Positions 58,243 through 64,000 of a stretch of 64,000 nucleotides of DNA are shown piece by piece. Both the position numbers and the translations under genes were made by a program. The stretch comes from Candidatus Thorarchaeota archaeon. Lineage in GTDB: Archaea; Asgardarchaeota; Thorarchaeia; Thorarchaeales; Thorarchaeaceae. Within the stretch, counting starts at the first letter, position 1; every line of letters begins with the position of its first letter. The stretch is taken from contig CP070761.1 of assembly GCA_020348985.1 (NCBI GenBank), forward strand, positions 1,273,747 through 1,337,746. Direction: 5' to 3'. The notes under the pieces are model-generated. The model had not been told where the DNA came from and made no database searches. It saw nothing but the letters and a program-made list of their open reading frames with translations.

Positions 58243-58872
58243 GTGTCAAAGTCTTCGAAGAGAAGTGGAAAGAAAACAGTGAGCAAGGCAGCGAAAGCTT
58301 CTTCGAAGAAACCTAAGAAAACATCAGCGATGACCACCAAGAAGGCAGACACCAAGGCCAAGGAACCAGCAAAGAAGCCAAGCAAACCGAAGAAAGCAAC
58401 TCCCAAGAAGCCCAAGAAGAAGAAGGTCGCTAAGAAGAGTACACAAATGAAGGTGGCGAAGAAGAAAACCCCTCCGAAGAAAAAGGCGGCCAAGAAAGAG
58501 GTAAGCGAAATTGATGACTTGTTGGTTGAGCTGCAGAGTGATGATGAGCAGGTCGTATTAGGAGCGGTAGATAGACTCGGAGAAGTTGATGATCCCAATG
58601 CAACAGGCCACCTGATAGCCTGTCTGAGGGACACAAGACATATTGTTAGACTCTATGCAGCAGTTCAGCTCGGTGAACGACAAGACCAGAAAGCTGTGGA
58701 TTCGTTGATTGAGGCTCTAGGTGACAGCTCACTTTTCGTGAGACAGACAGTTGCAGGGGCATTGGAGAACATCGGTAGTAAGAAAGCTCTCAAGGCTATC
58801 GAAAAAGCTGAGAGTGAGGGACTCTTGCTTGACGAACTTCCAGAAGGGATTCGACTGCGTCAGCGCCCTTGA
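58243..58872 (+). CDS. Histone-H1-like Lys/Ala/Pro-rich N-terminus fused to HEAT repeats
   Basis: About 85-aa K/A/P/S-rich tract; three PBS-HEAT repeats (VRLYAAVQLG, VRQTVAGALENIG); GGAGGT RBS. Confidence 0.82.
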   Translation: MSKSSKRSGKKTVSKAAKASSKKPKKTSAMTTKKADTKAKEPAKKPSKPKKATPKKPKKKKVAKKSTQMKVAKKKTPPKKKAAKKEVSEIDDLLVELQSDDEQVVLGAVDRLGEVDDPNATGHLIACLRDTRHIVRLYAAVQLGERQDQKAVDSLIEALGDSSLFVRQTVAGALENIGSKKALKAIEKAESEGLLLDELPEGIRLRQRP

Positions 58873-58948
58873 GAGCTGTATGTGCAACAACTGCTTATAT
58901 TGCAGGCTGCGTTCAGCAAACTACCAATCGCTGGAGACTGGACATAGT

Positions 58949-59479
58949 ATGGGCGATGAAATCGGAGAGGTCGAAGCCGCCATTAAGGATCTTGACTTGG
59001 ATTACATGCGTGGATTGGTTTCTGAGGATGAGTATCAGCTGAGAATGGCTCAGCTTAGATCGAAGCTTGAAGCGGTTGGTGGCAAAGTCGAGGTTTTGTC
59101 CTCAGTGGCGGATTCGTCGAGCACAGCGGGTGGGGAGACCATCGCTGGACAGCCTTCCAAGGCCGCAATGACTGACCCAGTCACAGCCGTCAAGAACGTG
59201 ATTCACGCCTTTCGGAGAATTCCGATTGAAAGAATCTCCCAAGAGTCTGGAGTCAATGCGCCGTATGTAGCGAAAATTCTTAGTGATCTATTGGATGGTC
59301 GCGAACTCTCTGGTCATGTTGATCATGACGCCGGGGATTTCATCCTTGGAACTGGCACGGGTCCAGCACCAAAGTCGATTTCGGCCTGTCCATACTGCAA
59401 AAATGAACAGAAACGCGTTGCAGTCAGAGGTGAGACTGTTACATGCGGCGTGTGCAAGGAATCGTTTATTGTCACCTAA
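58949..59479 (+). CDS. SHOCT-like + PCI-like winged helix + zinc ribbon protein
   Basis: GLVSEDEY; RIPIERIS.....V..IL..LL....LSGHVD; CPYC...CGVC. Confidence 0.7.
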   Translation: MGDEIGEVEAAIKDLDLDYMRGLVSEDEYQLRMAQLRSKLEAVGGKVEVLSSVADSSSTAGGETIAGQPSKAAMTDPVTAVKNVIHAFRRIPIERISQESGVNAPYVAKILSDLLDGRELSGHVDHDAGDFILGTGTGPAPKSISACPYCKNEQKRVAVRGETVTCGVCKESFIVT

Positions 59480-59553
59480 TACAGACCGATTATCAAGAGA
59501 TATATCGAAGTGAGCTACCTTTTGGTGCCAAGATAGGCATGGTGGTTCTTTAG

Positions 59554-60813
59554 GTGGACCTTCTCAAGGCATGTCTCAATCATGATGGGGCCGCAGCTTC
59601 GGAAACAGTTGCAGAAATGGTAGCCAATGCTCAGCCATCGGCAACATGGGCGGTCTTGATGCATGCGGCTGCTTGGAATGAACAACGCGAGTTTGATACT
59701 CCACATTCCACAATTCTCACGTTCTCCATACATCGAATGATTGAGGACTTAGGTCAAAATGCAAGAATCCTGAATGGTGAAACTGGATCAGGACTGAATG
59801 CACTGCCAAGGAAATTCAGGGAATCACTTCAGTCAACTCTAATCGAACGTTTGGCATACCATTTGGCCGACGTGGATCACTGGGTAACAGAAGCAGGTCC
59901 CAGATATGACATTGATATTCCAATGGACTCTCTGGACAATGCACTTGGACGGTACACTGGCGCTATAAGAGAACGGAGACAGATTCGAGCTGCAGAATCG
60001 GCGCTCAGGCTCGCTTCGAGGGAGAATCCGATCAGACTTCTGCGCTCGACGGCATCCATGGCAGCAGAAGAGCCGGACAAACTCGGTCATGCCTTCATAA
60101 TGCCTCTTTCTCTGCTCTTGGAACTTCCTCAGTCTCGGTTTACTCGTCCTATTCAGGCATCCATATGGCATCTTACGGAGTACCTGGTGAGGAAGATTCC
60201 TCGCAAACGAGAGAAAGAATTCGTCGTAGATGAGAGAATGGACCAGATGGCTGAACCAACAGACCTTTCGGCACACAAAGTCCATTTCATGAACTCAATA
60301 GTGCAGTATGGCATCCTAGGTCACAATGGGATATTCGCTCACAGGATTGCAGAAGCAGCGGAACAGGGAATCGTGAATAGCAGCACAGTTGAGTGGCTGC
60401 TGAGCATGCTGAAACGCAATATAGGTGAAAAGAGAAGTCAGAAGCAATTGGATGCAAGGAAACTCTCAGTGAGCGAGAACGGAACTGATTGGAAAGAGAT
60501 ACCGAGCAGAATCGATTTGCCACATTCTGATGACGTCCGGGAATGGCTTGATGTTTCGGAGTATTGGGGTGCAATGATGAACCTGGAGTCGAATGTCTTT
60601 GAGCAATTGGTCCCTAGCATTGATGAATCAGAGTGGCCTGTGATCCGTGCAGCCCAGTACGCAATGGCGTCTATTAACGGCGAGCCAAGAGCCTCTCATG
60701 TTATGCTTTTCACCCATGCTGCGTGGTCGTTGGCAGACAAGGGACTGGTGCCACAATCACTTGCTGCATTGCAGGTCCACAGAATGCTTAGACAGTATCT
60801 CGAGAGGCGATGA
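59554..60813 (+). CDS. Helical protein with four His motifs (questin-oxidase-like, tentative)
   Basis: PHSTI, GHAFI, GHNGI and SHVML motifs. Confidence 0.65.
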   Translation: MDLLKACLNHDGAAASETVAEMVANAQPSATWAVLMHAAAWNEQREFDTPHSTILTFSIHRMIEDLGQNARILNGETGSGLNALPRKFRESLQSTLIERLAYHLADVDHWVTEAGPRYDIDIPMDSLDNALGRYTGAIRERRQIRAAESALRLASRENPIRLLRSTASMAAEEPDKLGHAFIMPLSLLLELPQSRFTRPIQASIWHLTEYLVRKIPRKREKEFVVDERMDQMAEPTDLSAHKVHFMNSIVQYGILGHNGIFAHRIAEAAEQGIVNSSTVEWLLSMLKRNIGEKRSQKQLDARKLSVSENGTDWKEIPSRIDLPHSDDVREWLDVSEYWGAMMNLESNVFEQLVPSIDESEWPVIRAAQYAMASINGEPRASHVMLFTHAAWSLADKGLVPQSLAALQVHRMLRQYLERR

Positions 60814-60814
60814 C

Positions 60815-61360
60815 TTACTCGAACTTCTCGTACCTCAGCACGTTTTCATCCTGTGAAATGAATCGGAATAAGCCAGATGCAGCCACAGTATTCTTGCAGT
60901 CTTCAGGTGAAACATGGTCTATAAGGAAGACAAGCTTTCCGGAAGGCTTCAGGACCCTGTGCATCTCTGCGATCAACTCCTCCTTGTCTGGCACCCATGT
61001 ATAGACATCGATAAGAAGAGTGAAATCAAGATGCTCGTTTGGTAGGCCAGTCTCTAAACCAGATAGAATGGTCTCTACGTTCGTAATTCCAGTTTTCTTC
61101 GTTCTTTTACGAACTCGTTCAAGGGCCAAAGGATGGATATCCAAAGCATAGACAGTCCCGCCTTCGCCCACAAGCTCGGCCACCGGCATTGTGTAGCTTC
61201 CTATTCCACATCCGTAGTCCAAGACTCTGTGTCCTTCTTTGATTCCAAGATTCTTAGCAAACTCCTGAGGCTTCCTGAAACGTTCACGAGCTCGCAGGTA
61301 CAGTGCCATTATTCTGTAGCTTGTGTTTGACATTGTTCGTTGCTCTGTGTGTGTGGTCAT
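60815..61360 (-). CDS. Class I SAM-dependent methyltransferase
   Basis: VLDYGCGIG, VYALDI, RVLKPSG. Confidence 0.9.
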   Translation of the reverse strand: MTTHTEQRTMSNTSYRIMALYLRARERFRKPQEFAKNLGIKEGHRVLDYGCGIGSYTMPVAELVGEGGTVYALDIHPLALERVRKRTKKTGITNVETILSGLETGLPNEHLDFTLLIDVYTWVPDKEELIAEMHRVLKPSGKLVFLIDHVSPEDCKNTVAASGLFRFISQDENVLRYEKFE

Positions 61361-61375
61361 GATCTAGTCACCTAT

Positions 61376-61442
61376 ACTTCAGAATGTAAAGTATTTAAAC
61401 TTCCAAGAGTGAAGCAATGAAGGAACTTCAGTCAAGTGAAGT
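61376..61442. promoter_or_regulatory. Three imperfect inverted repeats in the divergent promoter (putative HxlR operators)
   Basis: ACTTCagaatGTAAAGT, ACTTCcaagaGTGAAGC, ACTTCagtcaaGTGAAGT around TTTAAA (61394-61399). Confidence 0.6.
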
Positions 61443-61457
61443 AATGGGTGACAGCTC

Positions 61458-61847
61458 TTGGCTCAATCAAATCAACAGGAAGAATTCGACGTTCGCTATT
61501 GCAGACATGATCAGACAATCCTTTGCGATGACAGATGCTTCTACCGCAGGATACTGGCAGTTATTGGTAAGAAGTATACTCTGAACATACTCCGGATTCT
61601 GGTCCGAGTCGAATCGGCCAGGTTCAGTACACTCGCCAAGGGAGTTGGTGGCAGTCCCAAGACTCTTACAGATCGGCTCAACGAGTTGGTAGACCTTGGT
61701 ATTCTGAATAGAGAGGCCTATGCAGAGATTCCCCCGAGGGTTGAGTATTCCCTGAATGATATGGGAAGAGACCTTGCACCCGTTCTAGATGCCATCAGAG
61801 ATTGGACGTTGAAATGGTGGTCTCACCATATGCCCCCACAAGGATAG
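61458..61847 (+). CDS. HxlR-family transcriptional regulator
   Basis: IGKKYTL.IL, RFS.L, SPKTLT.RL.EL, PPRVEYSL; three N-terminal Cys. Confidence 0.92.
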   Translation: MAQSNQQEEFDVRYCRHDQTILCDDRCFYRRILAVIGKKYTLNILRILVRVESARFSTLAKGVGGSPKTLTDRLNELVDLGILNREAYAEIPPRVEYSLNDMGRDLAPVLDAIRDWTLKWWSHHMPPQG

Positions 61848-61873
61848 GTAGTACTGAAGCTGAGATGCAGATA

Positions 61874-63433
61874 CTACTTGTCACCCTTTCTATAGGACTC
61901 GGCCAACAGGTCAGGTATGTATCGCGTTTCTATTTCTGACCCTTCCAGGATGTCACTAATCTGGATAGTACAGAATGGACATTCAGTAGTAATCATAGAG
62001 GCGCCAGTTGCCTCGATGTACTCTCTCTTGGTAGTTGCTATCTTCTGAGAAAGTTCACGCTTCCCGGCGCGAACTCCACCTCCAGCACCACAACAACGAT
62101 TCCTGTATGGATCCTCAATATACTCTACACCAGGAATCATCTTCAGAAGCTCTACAGGTTGGTCAACAACGCCCTGACCTCTACCAAGATGGCATGGTTC
62201 ATGGTAGGTGATTTTGAGCTTTATCTCACCTTTTGGCAGAACCAGGTTCTCCTTGCCTATGACATCAAGCATGTATTCTGCTAGGTCATGCACCTTGAAC
62301 TTGGGCGGCTCTCCACGCTTTTCAGTAATGACTGGACGGTGATCCTCGCGAAGTGTCTTTCCACAGCCAGCACATGCTACGACCACAGTATCGAAACCAT
62401 GTTTATCCATAGCATTCTCGAATATCTCGGTAACTCTTTCGACTGCAGCATGAGCCGTGTGCAAATCACCTGTTCTGAAAGCAGGACTAGCACAACACCA
62501 TTGCTCCTTTGGTACTATAACATCGACGCCATTGCGGTTCAAAACCTCGATGAGCGCCTTCCCAGTGTTCTGCATTCTGTAGTCAATCAAACACCCGGTG
62601 AAGAAGCCAACTCGTCCACGGGAATTCTCGACCGTGAATTCCTCGGTCTCTAATGCCTTCAGCAGTGGTGCGTCCTTCTCAGGAACTGCTCTCCCGGTGG
62701 CATTTATCTGGTCGATAAAGCCTTGTTGCCCCTCGGCCAATGGATAGCCAGCCTCAACAGCCTTCGCACGTAGAAGCTCAACTGCCAGTGCTGGGACATC
62801 GATTTTCTTCGGGCAGATGTCAGTGCACATCTTACACGTCGTACAGCTGTAGACCGATTCGTCTATTGCCATCCCTACACGGTCTTCGACGTCTCTCGGG
62901 TCGAGTTCCAGACGGGCAATCTGTCTGATAATCATTGGTCCAGGATACTCCCAGGTTTCATGGACAATCGGGCAGTTGGACAGACACGCGGCACATTCAA
63001 TGCACTTGCGAATCTCACGAACCTTCTCTATTTCCTCAGCATGAATGATTTCGGGTCTCTCAGGCTTCTTGTCACGCGCAACATAGGGCCGGATTCGTCG
63101 AATCCGATACTCGGTCTGAGCCATATCGACCACAAGGTCTTTGATAATTGGCATCTTATCCAATGGTTCTAGAACTAGTGACTCCTCTGGATCTACCTTG
63201 GTTCGGCAGGCTATTCTTGCGGTTCCGTTCACCTTCACTGCACAAGACCCGCATTGACCACCTCGGCACTCCCATCGGAAAGCAAGACTGGAATCAAACT
63301 TGTCTTGAACATAGAGTAAGGCGTCTAATACTGTCATTCCTACTTCGTATTCAACTTCAAAGTCTTGGAGGTATGGAGCATCGTCGTTGTCAGGGTTGTA
63401 TCGCTGCACACTTGTTTTGATTGTCTCAGCCAT
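61874..63433 (-). CDS. tfrB: Thiol:fumarate reductase Fe-S subunit (SdhB-like fused to CCG domains)
   Basis: CRGGQCGSC, CIECAAC, CTTCKMC, GCLID, CCAS, HEPCHL, CCGAGGG, CPFC. Confidence 0.85.
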   Translation of the reverse strand: MAETIKTSVQRYNPDNDDAPYLQDFEVEYEVGMTVLDALLYVQDKFDSSLAFRWECRGGQCGSCAVKVNGTARIACRTKVDPEESLVLEPLDKMPIIKDLVVDMAQTEYRIRRIRPYVARDKKPERPEIIHAEEIEKVREIRKCIECAACLSNCPIVHETWEYPGPMIIRQIARLELDPRDVEDRVGMAIDESVYSCTTCKMCTDICPKKIDVPALAVELLRAKAVEAGYPLAEGQQGFIDQINATGRAVPEKDAPLLKALETEEFTVENSRGRVGFFTGCLIDYRMQNTGKALIEVLNRNGVDVIVPKEQWCCASPAFRTGDLHTAHAAVERVTEIFENAMDKHGFDTVVVACAGCGKTLREDHRPVITEKRGEPPKFKVHDLAEYMLDVIGKENLVLPKGEIKLKITYHEPCHLGRGQGVVDQPVELLKMIPGVEYIEDPYRNRCCGAGGGVRAGKRELSQKIATTKREYIEATGASMITTECPFCTIQISDILEGSEIETRYIPDLLAESYRKGDK

Positions 63434-63445
63434 CTTCTTGCCTCC

Positions 63446-64000
63446 TCATGGCGGGGTAATCTTTGTAATGATGAGCTCCTGTTTCGTCAATTCCATGTCC
63501 CCATTCGCTCCTTTGCGAACCACGATGTTATAGTAGCCGTCATCTTCCGGGTCTGCATCCACTCTATAGTGTGCGCCTCTGCTCCCCTTTCTGATTAGAG
63601 CAGCCTCAGCTACCATTCGAGCTGTAGTGACCATGTGACCGAATTCAATTGCCTGATGCCAGCCAGGGTTGAATCGCTTCTCAGCAACGTCTACCTTGAT
63701 CTTAGGGACTACTTCATTCTCGATACGTCTGAGTTCCTTGACAGCAAAGGCCATCTCTTCTTCCTTACGGAATATCTGCACTTTAGTCCACATTAGATCG
63801 GTGAGCTCCTTTCTGGCGTCTGCTGGTGAGATTCCTTTCTCACGCTTCAACATAGCTTCTAGTTTCAGGAATTCTTTCATTGCTTTTTCTTTTGGCAGTC
63901 CAGTCATTTCATGCTCCTTGGCAAATTTCGCTGCACTCTCTCCAGACAATGCGCCAAATACCTGAGTATCTGCCAACGCGTTCCCACCCAGCCTATTGCC
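63446..64000 (-). CDS. tfrA: Fumarate reductase flavoprotein subunit, C-terminal part (5' end outside the window)
   Basis: GNRLGGNALADTQVFG at the window edge; R..SRGAHYR.D. Confidence 0.85.
   Translation of the reverse strand, partial: GNRLGGNALADTQVFGALSGESAAKFAKEHEMTGLPKEKAMKEFLKLEAMLKREKGISPADARKELTDLMWTKVQIFRKEEEMAFAVKELRRIENEVVPKIKVDVAEKRFNPGWHQAIEFGHMVTTARMVAEAALIRKGSRGAHYRVDADPEDDGYYNIVVRKGANGDMELTKQELIITKITPP

Noticed and set aside
58185-58634. Hydrophobic Phe-rich minus ORF
   Set aside because: Antisense reading of the AAG-rich Lys tract.
1-64000. Pyrrolysine read-through of TAG; tRNA, rRNA, SRP or RNase P RNA genes; CRISPR arrays; inteins
   Set aside because: Many conserved proteins end at TAG at their expected C-termini. 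No cloverleaf, SRP/RNase P signature, repeat-spacer array or intein-sized insertion was seen by eye.

Overview
Archaeal chromosomal segment (moderate GC, dense genes, GGAGGTG ribosome-binding sites, frequent TTG/GTG starts). A Sec23/24-like protein, an MglA-type GTPase, four roadblock proteins and a PCI-like domain point to an Asgard archaeon, most likely Thorarchaeia (inference). Most of the window is housekeeping: top6B, dim2, rio1, aIF-1A, nmd3, aIF-2beta, RPA, FEN1, EF-1beta, CDC48, Hef, atpF/A/B, srp54, uL16, eL33, eS8, DHS, smc-scpA-scpB, hypE/hypA and tfrAB. I saw no tRNA, rRNA, CRISPR array or transposase. Notable items the ORF track does not explain: (1) a self-standing box C/D guide RNA at 37613-37686 whose two guides are antisense to adjacent LSU rRNA sites (H69/H70); its D guide resembles that of eukaryotic SNORD46/snR63. 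(2) An operon of 31-42 aa microproteins with strong RBSs inside a roadblock/GTPase/Sec23-24 locus. (3) A kink-turn-rich structured leader on the Sec23/24-like gene. (4) A protein made of four AAA-lid/histone-fold-like repeats. (5) An H1-like-tail/HEAT protein. (6) A FEN1 with substitutions at conserved residues. (7) A DeoC with a CxxC-CxxC tail coupled to an aldehyde:ferredoxin oxidoreductase. All family assignments and rRNA numbering come from motif recognition and memory; no database search was run.
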